A stretch of 64,000 nucleotides of DNA from an uncultured virus (IMG/VR IMGVR_UViG_3300011339_000610) (taxonomy: Duplodnaviria; Heunggongvirae; Uroviricota; Caudoviricetes), in IMG/VR virus record IMGVR_UViG_3300011339_000610. The stretch is one strand, 5' to 3'. Of this stretch, positions 47,789-58,078 are shown piece by piece; positions within the stretch are counted from its first letter, which is position 1, and each line of letters begins with the position of its first letter. The position numbers were made by a program, and so were the translations under genes. The notes under the pieces were generated by a model, which did not search any database, had not been told where the DNA came from, and saw only the letters and a program-made list of their open reading frames with translations.

Positions 47789-48034
47789 TTATAATGCGTT
47801 TAATATTGGTTGTACGACTTCAAATTCGGTTGGCTTTCCTAGCACTACCTCCAATGAGTCGTTAAAAGTAATATACCAAAACTGTGGTGTATCCAATTCT
47901 GCTACTTGATAATTAACCCAATTCTGAGTTACATCATCAGGTGATACTGGAATACCATAATAAGTGTCTACACTTTCTCTTGCATTTATTGCGTCTTGTT
48001 CTGTCGTAAATTTATATCCGTTAATAGATGGCAT
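47789..48034 (-). CDS. small fibre-associated protein/chaperone
   Basis: GYKFTTE..A..A......YYGIP; overlaps the fibre gene end. Confidence 0.65.
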   Translation of the reverse strand: MPSINGYKFTTEQDAINARESVDTYYGIPVSPDDVTQNWVNYQVAELDTPQFWYITFNDSLEVVLGKPTEFEVVQPILNAL

Positions 48035-49421
48035 AGTATGTATTTATATTTGTTGAAATTCCTGTTCTATTAGCTGTTTGATTAGAGTAGTAAATCACTA
48101 TTTCTTGTACTGTACCATCCAAATACCCTGTGCCTGAAGATGTTGAAGTCTGTGCTCCAATACTTGTTTTTGTTACATTCAAGTTTAAAGCCCCTGCTGC
48201 AGTTACTTCTGCGTTATTATTTACTTTGTTAGCTACTTGTGTGCCTGAGTGTATTGAAGAAACTAATGTTTGTGTTGCATAAGTAATTGCTGTATTTGCA
48301 ACTCCTCCTGACGTAAACGAACAAACTTCTTGCAATAATGCATTTCTAATTATTGGGATATAAGCACCAGCATCATAGTCATTGCCGTTTCCGCCTTGGC
48401 TTAACACCCTACCGTAATTATACGATGCATTATTCATAGCAAAAACACCAAAGTTAGATTCAGTGGTAAGCGTTTGACTCCATACTCCTTCTAGCCCTGC
48501 AAGTGACCCTGATGCAAATTGGATGCTTGGCTTGCCGTTTTGCAATAGCACACTGCCTGCACTTACAATCTGTGGTTGATTACCCGCTGTTGATTGAAGC
48601 GAGTTCCTTGTGTTTCCTGATTGGTCATACCATGTAGTAACAAAGGCATTACCCGCACCCGCAAATGTTGTAAGAGCTGATGTATCTAAGTTACCACTTG
48701 TCGTAAACCCAATGTTTAGTTCTGCATTGTCACTTGACCTACGTACACGAATAGCTGAACTGCCATAGTAAGCACCTCTTAATAAACGTGTAGAGTATGC
48801 AGCAGCTGCACTTGGATACGCATCTAACATTGTAGAAAGTATTGCCAAGGTGTTACTACTAGCACTTGCACTTCCTGCATCATTTACAGCCGTAACCTGA
48901 CAAGTAATGTTTTGTCCTGCGTCAGCTGTTACTAAAGTGTAAGTTGAGGCGTTAGTTCCTATGTTTGTAACCCCACGCTTCCATTGGTAGCTGTATGTTA
49001 TTGGCAAAGTTCCTGACCAAGTACCCGTGGTAGATGTAAGCACTTGGCCAACTATTGCTACGCCACTTATTGCAGGAGCTAATGTGTTTGTTGGAACAAC
49101 TGGTATAGGTTCTATATAATCTAAAGTTGATTTATATGCTATTAAATTTCCACTTGCTAATGTAATCTTTTTCAAGTTACACTTAAACTCATCACCATCT
49201 TTAATCGTAAGGTTTGTTAATGTTATGTTTCCATCTATGCCTGTAGCTGTAGCTATAACAGCATCACCATTCATGGCTTTTACGCAATAATATATAGACC
49301 CCCTCGAAGCTGTCTTCTGATTGGTATCAGCTATAATATCAGGCACTTGTTCGTACCCTAAATTCAGCTGAACCGATTTTAGTAAAGTCCTTATTTGCGC
49401 TTCTAAATTGAAATCTGCCAT
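48021..49421 (-). CDS. receptor-binding/fibre protein: adapter, Ig-like and lectin-like domains
   Basis: AAAAYS.R.L...Y...AIRVRRSSDN.E..IGF, FVTTWYDQSGN, Q....QP.I. Confidence 0.75.
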   Translation of the reverse strand: MADFNLEAQIRTLLKSVQLNLGYEQVPDIIADTNQKTASRGSIYYCVKAMNGDAVIATATGIDGNITLTNLTIKDGDEFKCNLKKITLASGNLIAYKSTLDYIEPIPVVPTNTLAPAISGVAIVGQVLTSTTGTWSGTLPITYSYQWKRGVTNIGTNASTYTLVTADAGQNITCQVTAVNDAGSASASSNTLAILSTMLDAYPSAAAAYSTRLLRGAYYGSSAIRVRRSSDNAELNIGFTTSGNLDTSALTTFAGAGNAFVTTWYDQSGNTRNSLQSTAGNQPQIVSAGSVLLQNGKPSIQFASGSLAGLEGVWSQTLTTESNFGVFAMNNASYNYGRVLSQGGNGNDYDAGAYIPIIRNALLQEVCSFTSGGVANTAITYATQTLVSSIHSGTQVANKVNNNAEVTAAGALNLNVTKTSIGAQTSTSSGTGYLDGTVQEIVIYYSNQTANRTGISTNINTYYAIY

Positions 49422-49538
49422 ATGTCAATATCTTTTACTACAAATATAACTATTTAGAACGATTTTAAATTACAATTTTTACTTGCTTTTGTGGAATCAA
49501 TCGTATTACATTTGTTTTCATAAATACAAATTTATTTT

Positions 49539-49838
49539 ATGAAAAGTTTAAACGATATTATAACACAAGCATATACAGGCATTAAACAAGAACTGTATTG
49601 TGTAGATAAACTTATTGGAAGTACTCATGAAAACATGGAGGCAGCTATATTAAAAATAGTAAAGGCCGCTATATTAGAAACAGCGAGTAGCAATTACAAC
49701 ATGGAATTGTTATGTGCCTATGCAAAAGAAAAGTTGCAGCAAGACCTTGATGATAGTGTTAACGAAACAGCTGCGCTTGAAATAATTAAATTAACTGAAA
49801 AAATTGGCTTTACGGACTTGGCCGAAAAGATGTACTAG
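49539..49838 (+). CDS. moron-like hypothetical protein opposite the late operon
   Basis: Own GTATTACATTTG promoter at 49503-49514. Confidence 0.7.
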   Translation: MKSLNDIITQAYTGIKQELYCVDKLIGSTHENMEAAILKIVKAAILETASSNYNMELLCAYAKEKLQQDLDDSVNETAALEIIKLTEKIGFTDLAEKMY

Positions 49839-50455
49839 ACTTCGTTTTGTCTTAGCTCTGCTTCGCTCATGTTGTAGTAACCATCTTCTCTTGTCATCTG
49901 TGCGGCAAGATTCAGTGCGTTGTTGATTATACCTTGCACGTTTTTATCTGTGAATGGTAAATTTTGCGTTACTGAAGTTACATCTATTGGGAATGTCTCC
50001 CTGAAGTATAATCCTTTTGCTTCTAAGCAAGTTTCTGTTGTAGGATACAACCTAATGTCATTGTTGGTATAATCGTACTTAGGATAGCGGATGTTACCCT
50101 TTAATGGGCTTATCTTCTCTTCGTCTCTTAATTGTCTTGAATACTCGTAATAAGTTACACCACCTTTTACAAACTTACACGCCATTGCTATTAATCGCTC
50201 AAAGTTAGGCATCATTGTGCTAGTTTGAGATACATCTAACGCATTGCTCACTGGCGTTGCTGTGAAGTTTATAATGTAAGTTGTAGCTTCATTCTCTACT
50301 GCTAGGTTCAAGCCATACCCATCCATTATATTGTAAAGGTATTGTGTTTGAGCCTTCTCAAATATATAGTTTAGCTTTGTGTTGCTGAACGTCCCTGATT
50401 GTAGGGTATCCCAAAAGGTGAAGAATCTATCCTTTATTTCTATTCCGCTATACAT
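49835..50455 (-). CDS. crAss-type tail ring protein
   Basis: F...WD.L.S......N..F.KAQ; synteny. Confidence 0.65.
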   Translation of the reverse strand: MYSGIEIKDRFFTFWDTLQSGTFSNTKLNYIFEKAQTQYLYNIMDGYGLNLAVENEATTYIINFTATPVSNALDVSQTSTMMPNFERLIAMACKFVKGGVTYYEYSRQLRDEEKISPLKGNIRYPKYDYTNNDIRLYPTTETCLEAKGLYFRETFPIDVTSVTQNLPFTDKNVQGIINNALNLAAQMTREDGYYNMSEAELRQNEV

Positions 50456-51305
50456 ATAAGTTCGAGTAGTTAGTGTTAATAATGTCTAATGTATTTTGCA
50501 TAGCTGTTAAGTCTACACTAATACCTTTTTCAAAGTTGATGATATTTGAATGCAATAATGCATGCACTTGCACAAAGTTTGATTGTAAACTTGTTCCGCA
50601 TTGGCCTACTGATATTGCACTGATGTACTTCTCATATACTTGGTAAGCATACTTGTAAGTCATAAAGTAAAAGGTTGTGCTACCGTATAATTTTACAACT
50701 TGATTTGTACCTACTAAATTTTCAAAAAATGAAGCTCCAAACAACGTAAATACTTCTCCAGGATTATAAATCATTCCTGTATCATCAATAACTATTTTGC
50801 CATTACCGACTACAATATAAGTACTAGCACCAAGAGTGTCACCTTGCAAGTACTCTGTGGTATACACATCATATTCACATGTAAAGATATTGTCAGGGAA
50901 GTACAAGTTATCAGGTATACCTGTTTGACTAGGTACAAATTGCTCATAACCTTCTGTTGCAGGGTCGTAGCTTGTTACAGGGCTATAGTATCCTGTTTCG
51001 TTTATCTGAATGGTTGCAGGAGGAGTAACGCTTACATCCACACGGAATATAAACGTATCTCCCGCATTGAATATCTTTCCGTCAATAGTTATTGTGCCTG
51101 TACCCACAAATTCATACTCGTAGTTCGCCTTTAACGAAGTTACATTAGTTTGTATGTTTGCTCTTGCACTTACACTCGAAAATACAAATCGTGTTGCATT
51201 CACGTCTGTTACTTCGGGATTTGGCGTGCCATAATTAGAAGCATCTGTCACACGTAGTGTGGCTAAATCATCTATATTATAACTAACTATTGCTTCTATG
51301 TCCAT
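50448..51305 (-). CDS. putative tail hub/structural protein
   Basis: L.V.D.S.Y and PD.I...Y motifs; synteny. Confidence 0.55.
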   Translation of the reverse strand: MDIEAIVSYNIDDLATLRVTDASNYGTPNPEVTDVNATRFVFSSVSARANIQTNVTSLKANYEYEFVGTGTITIDGKIFNAGDTFIFRVDVSVTPPATIQINETGYYSPVTSYDPATEGYEQFVPSQTGIPDNLYFPDNIFTCEYDVYTTEYLQGDTLGASTYIVVGNGKIVIDDTGMIYNPGEVFTLFGASFFENLVGTNQVVKLYGSTTFYFMTYKYAYQVYEKYISAISVGQCGTSLQSNFVQVHALLHSNIINFEKGISVDLTAMQNTLDIINTNYSNLYV

Positions 51306-51496
51306 TATTCAGTTTCTTTTTCTAGATTTGGAGATTCTTTTTCTTGCAATGATTTGTGTATCTCTGCAATTTGCGTGTTAACCTCGGTTAGACTCTTCTT
51401 GTAATTTTCCGATACTGCTATTGCTGTTTCGTAACTTGCAATTAAATCATAAGCCTTTGCTTTTAGTTCCTGTAATTCTTGCTCTTTATTTTTCAT
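51305..51496 (-). CDS. small coiled-coil protein
   Basis: ELKAKAYDL heptads, after a fibre gene. Confidence 0.6.
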   Translation of the reverse strand: MKNKEQELQELKAKAYDLIASYETAIAVSENYKKSLTEVNTQIAEIHKSLQEKESPNLEKETE

Positions 51497-51506
51497 ATTT
51501 ATAAAA

Positions 51507-52865
51507 TTAAATTCCTGTTATAAACCATGCTCCCACTCCACCATTTGCTGCTGCCGAATATTTCACAATTATACTTGCTGCTCCTGCTGCTCCACCTGTT
51601 AATACAATAGGTATATTAACACCCGCATTGTGCCCAAATATTACTTTGCTAGATGTAAGTGTTAATGTTTTTGCTTCTTCAGAAAGAATTGATATTTCCT
51701 GACCATCCATAGGAGCTGTAGGCAAAGCGACACTCATTGTATTATCAGAAGCTGGCCCTAATATTACACCATATTGATTATTTGAAGGGAAAGTATATAC
51801 AAGCCCCGCCACATTCCAATACACAAATCCACCTAATGCAAATCCTTTTCTGAACTGCACATTCCCATCTGCATAAAAAGTCTGTCCAATAGTAGCTGAA
51901 TGAAAGTCTAATTTTGTATTGTTTGAGAATATAAATCCGTTATTCCTTATATTCACATAGTTGCCACTTACACCTTCTGCTCTTAAGTTTGCACCAAATC
52001 CTACTGCGGAATTGTATACCCTTAAAACAGTATCTGCCGAACCACCTGCGTATTGTTGAATATCTACATCATAAGCAGGAATATTTGTATTTACGCCTAT
52101 TCTAGCTCCTGTATCAAATATGATGCTATTAGTAATTGTGTCTGAAGAAAACAGAGAGAACTTAGTTACATAGTTACCAACTCCGCCTGCTTGTGTTATA
52201 ACACCTGAAGTTTTAATTTCAATTGAGCCTGAAGTATTAACAATACTTATACCAGCACCAGCTGTTAGAAGATTCTTAGTCCAAGATGTTCCATTGCCTA
52301 TTAATAATTGGCCATTTGCAGGGGCAGCTGAAATGCCTGTACCGCCTTTGTTAGCAGTTAATACTCCGCCTAAATCACTTAAATTTATATTTGCAAAGTC
52401 TAATGCAAATGATATAAGTCCAGAACTTTGTGAAACAGTCAATCCTATACTTCCCATTATCCTTCTGCCTTCGTAGCCTGTACCATTACTAGCAAGGACA
52501 TAGTTATTATTAACTAAAGATGTTAATCCTAATCCTCCTTTTGCAATAGGGATTACAGGCAAATCTCCAGATACTAAACTCCTGAATGTAGGAGTACCCG
52601 CTGAACCATTAGGACTTGCAAAAAATCTATTAGCAGCCTGAGAAGTAAACGTAGCTGTTAAACTACCTGATGCGGTTACGGGACTATTTGTTACCGTAAA
52701 TATATTAGGCAAGGTTAATCCTACACTTGTTACAGTGCCAGAACTTGAGCCTGCTATAGCTATTTCTAATGCATCTATTGCGGCTTTTAAACGCTTGAAG
52801 TTCTCGTCTTCTTGTGCGTATGTTAATGCTACTCCTTGTCCTAATCTTAAATTTAATTCTTGCAT
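51507..52865 (-). CDS. tail/head fibre protein
   Basis: LT..Q.D.NF anchor, GTVTSV, GGTG repeats, Gly/Ser/Thr-rich. Confidence 0.75.
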   Translation of the reverse strand: MQELNLRLGQGVALTYAQEDENFKRLKAAIDALEIAIAGSSSGTVTSVGLTLPNIFTVTNSPVTASGSLTATFTSQAANRFFASPNGSAGTPTFRSLVSGDLPVIPIAKGGLGLTSLVNNNYVLASNGTGYEGRRIMGSIGLTVSQSSGLISFALDFANINLSDLGGVLTANKGGTGISAAPANGQLLIGNGTSWTKNLLTAGAGISIVNTSGSIEIKTSGVITQAGGVGNYVTKFSLFSSDTITNSIIFDTGARIGVNTNIPAYDVDIQQYAGGSADTVLRVYNSAVGFGANLRAEGVSGNYVNIRNNGFIFSNNTKLDFHSATIGQTFYADGNVQFRKGFALGGFVYWNVAGLVYTFPSNNQYGVILGPASDNTMSVALPTAPMDGQEISILSEEAKTLTLTSSKVIFGHNAGVNIPIVLTGGAAGAASIIVKYSAAANGGVGAWFITGI

Positions 52866-52866
52866 C

Positions 52867-53175
52867 TTATTGCGGGTTTGACTTTGTATATCCTGTTTCT
52901 ACGTAGCCATCTTCAACATATCTTTCCATTGTATCAACACTTTCCGTAGTACCTTGTAAAGCCTCCACAAATAAGTTGTTTTGAACCAAGTCTGACCCAA
53001 TAAACTCTATTGCTTTGATGTAATAGTTTGGTGTTGCATTTGCGTCCATAACTTTGTTGTAATAAGCTTGTGCTGCTTGAATTTGTAATTCAGCTGCTAT
53101 AGTTTGTGTGCTTTGGTATAAATAAGCCTTGGCATCTACTACAATCTCACTTATTTGAGCCTTAGTCTTGAACAT
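52867..53175 (-). CDS. structural hypothetical protein, probably leaderless
   Basis: ATG 4 nt after TATATTTG (53180-53187, minus); YVEDGYV motif. Confidence 0.65.
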   Translation of the reverse strand: MFKTKAQISEIVVDAKAYLYQSTQTIAAELQIQAAQAYYNKVMDANATPNYYIKAIEFIGSDLVQNNLFVEALQGTTESVDTMERYVEDGYVETGYTKSNPQ

Positions 53176-53204
53176 AGCACAAATATACAACTTTTAATAG
53201 AAAT

Positions 53205-53238
53205 AAAAAAAGCCACCTTTTACAGTGGCTTTTCTTTT
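53205..53238. terminator. intrinsic terminator
   Basis: AAAAAAGCCAC-loop-GTGGCTTTTCTTTT. Confidence 0.8.
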
Positions 53239-53239
53239 A

Positions 53240-54433
53240 TTAGTTATTGTTGTCTACGTTGGTAGGGTCATCCTCAAGTATTACACGCTCTGATTCTCTT
53301 TCAAACCTGTAATTTCTTTCGATAAAGTCATTTAAGTACTTAATAGCGTAAGAATATACGGGCAAGAACTCTTCTGTGTTAAAGATTGCCTTTATTTCTT
53401 CTACCTTCTCTTCGTATTTTTCTTTGCTCTTTACAGCACTCAGGCCAATGCACTTTGCACGCACCTTCTTCTGTAGTTTAGATTCTGTCTCAGTTCCTCT
53501 GAAACCTGACTGACTTGCTTTCTTTTCTAGATGTTTGAAATCAATAGTCTCTGCTTCAATAGATTCGATTGGTTTTGAAACTGTTACGTTAAACCCAACA
53601 AGTGTCTCTACGATTCTACGCTTGTAAACATCTGTCATTAATGTCTCTTGCAATGCATGCATTCCTATTGCTACAATATCACCACCATCTAAGTAAAAAG
53701 TTTCTCCATTTTGAGTAATAGCCGTTTTAGGCAACTCAGGAGTACCGATATTCTTGTTAAGGGCAATCTGTATCAATGTAATGATATCTCTTTGCTTGTT
53801 GTTATAAATAGAGAAGAAGAAGTCAGGATTGTCGTTCATCTTCATCATAGCCATGTTAAATAACTTTGAATCATCAAACAAGTCAACACCTGGCAATCCA
53901 TAAGCATAACAGAAGTCTCTGAATGATTTGATGTCTGAGTTGAACATTTTAGTCAACATAGAGCCACCTTCAATTTTCTTCTTATTCATCTCAGCCTCTA
54001 ATTGGATGTTCTGAGTAATGTCAATTAATTCAAATGCATGGTGCAAGTTGTTTCTATTTGTGTCATTACCGTTTCTATCACGCACAACAACGTGGTCATG
54101 TATTTTCATGAAGTCATGGAATGCTCTTACTAATGCATTCTTTTGCTTCTCGTATTTGTCTTGGATGTTTTGCTCGTCTTCATCAGTTAAGTAACTGAAT
54201 GTCTCAGTGTAGATAAACATGCCTTGTTTTGTAGGGTCTGGATGTGGTTCACGCATTCTTAATGTGTGGTTGTACACAATGTTGTCTCCCTCTTCCATTT
54301 CCATTGGAGCACGATTAAGGATTGTCCCGTCTTTTAGTAATGTGTTAATAACCCCCGCACGAGAGTTATATGAAGTACCTTTAATTACATTAGAAGCATA
54401 CCTGCTTAGAACTTTAAATTCAATTTTTGCCAT
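53240..54433 (-). CDS. conserved structural-module hypothetical protein
   Basis: Start MAKIEF downstream of the promoter at 54457-54464. Confidence 0.7.
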   Translation of the reverse strand: MAKIEFKVLSRYASNVIKGTSYNSRAGVINTLLKDGTILNRAPMEMEEGDNIVYNHTLRMREPHPDPTKQGMFIYTETFSYLTDEDEQNIQDKYEKQKNALVRAFHDFMKIHDHVVVRDRNGNDTNRNNLHHAFELIDITQNIQLEAEMNKKKIEGGSMLTKMFNSDIKSFRDFCYAYGLPGVDLFDDSKLFNMAMMKMNDNPDFFFSIYNNKQRDIITLIQIALNKNIGTPELPKTAITQNGETFYLDGGDIVAIGMHALQETLMTDVYKRRIVETLVGFNVTVSKPIESIEAETIDFKHLEKKASQSGFRGTETESKLQKKVRAKCIGLSAVKSKEKYEEKVEEIKAIFNTEEFLPVYSYAIKYLNDFIERNYRFERESERVILEDDPTNVDNNN

Positions 54434-54493
54434 TTTTTTACCTGTTATAAGTATTACAAATATACTATAATTTATATATAATACAAAAAAATA

Positions 54494-54514
54494 AAACACC
54501 TCCGAAGAGGTGTT
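54494..54514 (-). terminator. terminator after the capsid genes
   Basis: AACACCTC-CGAA-GAGGTGTT; reads UUCG loop on minus with a T-run. Confidence 0.8.
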
Positions 54515-54556
54515 CTATATGGGAAAATATGAAAGAAAAAAAAGAGAAAACAGGTC

Positions 54557-55498
54557 TTATAAAGGTAAGTTTCTCCAAGCAGCGTATTTGAAGGTAGCAG
54601 GACCAGCAGCAGTGGTTAAAGAACCAAATGCAGTAGTTAAGCCTATTATACCTGTGATACGAGTGATGTCGGTACTTATTACAATGTAATCACCGCCTCT
54701 ACCACCTAAAGTAGCAAAAGTAGCTGCACCACCTGATAATGCAATAGCACCAGTTGTAATTGTTACAGCTGCAGTTGTAGTTGCAGGGGCAGAAATGATT
54801 ACTCTGAAACCAGCTTGCAATCCTGTTAATGTACCATAAGTACCTAATAGGTCAGCATAGTTAGTTGCGTCAGATTTTACAAGGATTACAGCAGAATTAC
54901 CATTAATCGAGCTGATTAATACTTCAGTGTAAGTGTTAGTTGCAACAATGCTTGCAGCGGCATTAAAGCCACCTGCATTGTAATAACCAGCAGTACTTGG
55001 GTATTTAGCAATTAATGAAGTACCTGTTCCTGCACCTACTGTACCAGTAGCAGTAGAGATGCTTAATTTAGCATCAGAAGTTACTAAGGTAAAGATTGCG
55101 AAACCAGGCTTTGCAGTTACAACTAAAGTAGTGCTTGATGTAGCAGTTACTGATAACTCAGGCATACTGTTGATAGCAGCAGCAAACGCAGCAGCAATTT
55201 CAGTGTTGGTAGCAGTGCTATCAGAAGTTACAGTCAAAGGTACGCTTGAAACCATACCGCTGTTTACATCGCTGCAAACTAAAGACATAGTATAAAGTGC
55301 ATTGCTAGTTACTGTACTGATTGTTACTGTAGAAACTTGCGCTAATTCAGGTACATAAGGAGTAACGGTCATGTTACTAATTCCAGATGCTTTGAAAGCA
55401 GGTGAACCTTGTAAGTTTAGATATCCGCTTGAATCTACATAGGCATCCGTGCCTAGTGCGGTTACTGTATTTAATACGTTTAATAATGTTACGCTCAT
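54557..55498 (-). CDS. auxiliary capsid/decoration protein
   Basis: Thr/Ala/Ser-rich, directly after the major capsid gene as in crAss-like phages. Confidence 0.65.
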   Translation of the reverse strand: MSVTLLNVLNTVTALGTDAYVDSSGYLNLQGSPAFKASGISNMTVTPYVPELAQVSTVTISTVTSNALYTMSLVCSDVNSGMVSSVPLTVTSDSTATNTEIAAAFAAAINSMPELSVTATSSTTLVVTAKPGFAIFTLVTSDAKLSISTATGTVGAGTGTSLIAKYPSTAGYYNAGGFNAAASIVATNTYTEVLISSINGNSAVILVKSDATNYADLLGTYGTLTGLQAGFRVIISAPATTTAAVTITTGAIALSGGAATFATLGGRGGDYIVISTDITRITGIIGLTTAFGSLTTAAGPATFKYAAWRNLPL

Positions 55499-55530
55499 TT
55501 TATATTTTTATTATTTTGTTAAACAATTAA

Positions 55531-56874
55531 TTATGCTGAAGCGTAATGGAACATACATTGTGCAGGGTTGTTAAACTGGGTAGTTTTGTTCCAGTTAACC
55601 TCAACTGTACTTGATAATTTACCATTAACACCTTCTTTTACAGGACGGCCCATCATGTCTGTCATACCTTTAACTTCGGTTACAATCATGTCAGGTACAC
55701 CGTAGTAGTAATCAGATACGAATGGTAAAACACCACCATTTTCTGTAGGACAAGGAGCTGCATTCATCCAAATCGCTGATTTAGAACGTACAGTTTCGCC
55801 TGCAAATAATGTAGATGGTTGCCAAATGTTCGGGTTGTTCAAGAACTCATCCATAATTAAGTGGAAAGTAAATCCTGAGTAGTAGTAAGACATAATGTTC
55901 AAACCTTTAACGGTTTTACCACCTAATACGTTAGTATCACCCGCAGTAGTTACGTATTGTTTAAACACGTTCTTTTGCAAATCTTGGATGTAGCTAGAAC
56001 CAGCAACGATGATAACCTCTTTAGAAGAGTAACCCCCGTTATTGATGTATTGTTGGATTGCTTCGTTAAATTCAGTTTCAGTCACAGCAGTATTAATTGC
56101 ACGAGACGTTCCACCTTGGTTTTTAATCTGCCAAATCAATGAACCACCAACTGGGGTAGATGTGTTGAAATTTGCAGGGATGTCACCAACCATACGGATT
56201 GAATAAGTTTGTTGCAAACGACCTAACATTTGAGTTACTTTATTCAAAGCATAGTATTGAGTGCCATTGATGTTCTTCAAGTACGTGAACTGATTAGCTT
56301 CTGAGAAGTTAACAGTAGTAGTATCAGAGATAGAACTTACAATGTTTTGGTAAGGCACAGGCATGGTGAATAAAGTGCTCTTGCTTAGACGATTGTCACG
56401 GTCTGTAACGTCTCCTCTATCAGATGCTAATTCTCCAATTACGAAATCACTTGCAGTGAATGCAGTTGAACCATTAGGGTTTGATAAAAAACCAATAGTT
56501 ACTGTACCTGCTGAAGCAGTTTTGATGATACCTAAAGCACCGCTTTTAGATTGAGTCATGTTACCAACACGAATAGCTTGGAAGGTAGGGTCAGACCATC
56601 CTAATACTAAGTCAGTACCAACAGCAGAACGGCTTGCAATTGTTGCAGCAGCCCAGTCATTTGGTTGACGATAGATTTGGAAGATAGGAGTTTTTGCGCT
56701 TACTAATTGGGGTTTACCAATTTGCTCGGCAATTGCAGAGATAACACTACGTGAAAACGCTGGTGCTAACTTTGGTACAAGAGGTTCTACTTGACGCTCA
56801 TTGATACCATAATCCGTAAATACCGATACTAACGGTAAATTCGGGTCGATAAATGTTGAATTTGGAAATGCCAT
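55531..56874 (-). CDS. major capsid protein
   Basis: 447 aa, position portal-scaffold-capsid, strong high-expression codon bias. Confidence 0.8.
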   Translation of the reverse strand: MAFPNSTFIDPNLPLVSVFTDYGINERQVEPLVPKLAPAFSRSVISAIAEQIGKPQLVSAKTPIFQIYRQPNDWAAATIASRSAVGTDLVLGWSDPTFQAIRVGNMTQSKSGALGIIKTASAGTVTIGFLSNPNGSTAFTASDFVIGELASDRGDVTDRDNRLSKSTLFTMPVPYQNIVSSISDTTTVNFSEANQFTYLKNINGTQYYALNKVTQMLGRLQQTYSIRMVGDIPANFNTSTPVGGSLIWQIKNQGGTSRAINTAVTETEFNEAIQQYINNGGYSSKEVIIVAGSSYIQDLQKNVFKQYVTTAGDTNVLGGKTVKGLNIMSYYYSGFTFHLIMDEFLNNPNIWQPSTLFAGETVRSKSAIWMNAAPCPTENGGVLPFVSDYYYGVPDMIVTEVKGMTDMMGRPVKEGVNGKLSSTVEVNWNKTTQFNNPAQCMFHYASA

Positions 56875-56901
56875 TTTTTATTTTTTAATTTTTATGTTTG
56901 G

Positions 56902-57972
56902 TTAATATGTTCTGTTGTCCAAGTCTTCTCTAATAATTTGATTAGCAGTTCTTGTATCTGTTGTTGGAGAGGTTGATACTACTGAGCCTAATGGGTCAAC
57001 ATTCACTCTCCCTTTTAATGTTTCACTCTTGCCTAGGTCATATGCCGCTTTTAAGTTCTTCTCATAGTTAGCTACTTTATGTGCAAACAATGTAAAGTTC
57101 TTTACGTCAAATGAACCGTCTTGCTTTGTAAATGGTGCGGCCTGTGGGTTGAACAATTCTTCATACACTTTCTGTATTCCTTGTACATGCTCATCAGCTA
57201 GCTCGATACCATATAGGTTTTGCCCTTTGATTTGGCTTGTGAAATCAACTAGTACCTCTTTCTCTTTCTTGTAGCCTTCCATAATCTGATTGATTTGGTC
57301 TTGCTGAGAAACTGGCTTCATTGACTTTGCGGCCTCTTCTAATTTTTGGATGTAATCTGACTTAGGTGTTTTGCTTGCTAATTCTGCACGCAATGCCTTT
57401 TCCATTTCAGACTTTACAATACGGCTTGAATATTCATCGACATTCTTGTAAGCCATGTACTGCTCTACTTCGGAAGTTAATTCTTCAGCAGTTAAGTCAG
57501 GATACTCAAGTCTTATGTTTTCTGCTACTAACTCTGTTAGCGACATCTGACCATAATCTTTGCTCATCAACTCAGAAGCGTACTTCTTAATGTCAAATTC
57601 ATCAAGCATACCATACTGCTCTAAAGCGTCTACTAAAGGATTTGATTTTAACCTTTGTAATTCTGCTTTGTAAGATTCTAGTTCTTGCATGAACTCTTCA
57701 CTAGCTATTGGCTGTGCTGAGTCTTTTGTTGGGTCTGATTCATCCTTAAATAAATCGGGTGTTTCAAAGAACGATGGCTCATTTGTTTGAACCGTTTCTG
57801 TTGTTTCGGCTGCTTGTGTGGCAGCTTCTACTTCATTTGTAATCTGTGTTTCAACTGGGTCTGCACTTGCAGCTTCAGTTGATGGCGTACCTGCGGGTTC
57901 ATCTGAACTGTATCTTTCAGATAAAAATGCCGTCAAGTCGTCATTTTCAACTTCTAAACCTGTATTTTCCAT
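56902..57972 (-). CDS. scaffolding-like protein
   Basis: Acidic disordered N-terminus and helical body; between portal and capsid. Confidence 0.65.
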   Translation of the reverse strand: MENTGLEVENDDLTAFLSERYSSDEPAGTPSTEAASADPVETQITNEVEAATQAAETTETVQTNEPSFFETPDLFKDESDPTKDSAQPIASEEFMQELESYKAELQRLKSNPLVDALEQYGMLDEFDIKKYASELMSKDYGQMSLTELVAENIRLEYPDLTAEELTSEVEQYMAYKNVDEYSSRIVKSEMEKALRAELASKTPKSDYIQKLEEAAKSMKPVSQQDQINQIMEGYKKEKEVLVDFTSQIKGQNLYGIELADEHVQGIQKVYEELFNPQAAPFTKQDGSFDVKNFTLFAHKVANYEKNLKAAYDLGKSETLKGRVNVDPLGSVVSTSPTTDTRTANQIIREDLDNRTY

Positions 57973-58078
57973 TTTCCTTAATTTTTCTCATACAAAAATA
58001 ATTGTTTAGAAACAATATAAATTGTATATTTGTTATGTAATCAGTATTGTGCGCATAACCTATACGCAAAAAAGCATT

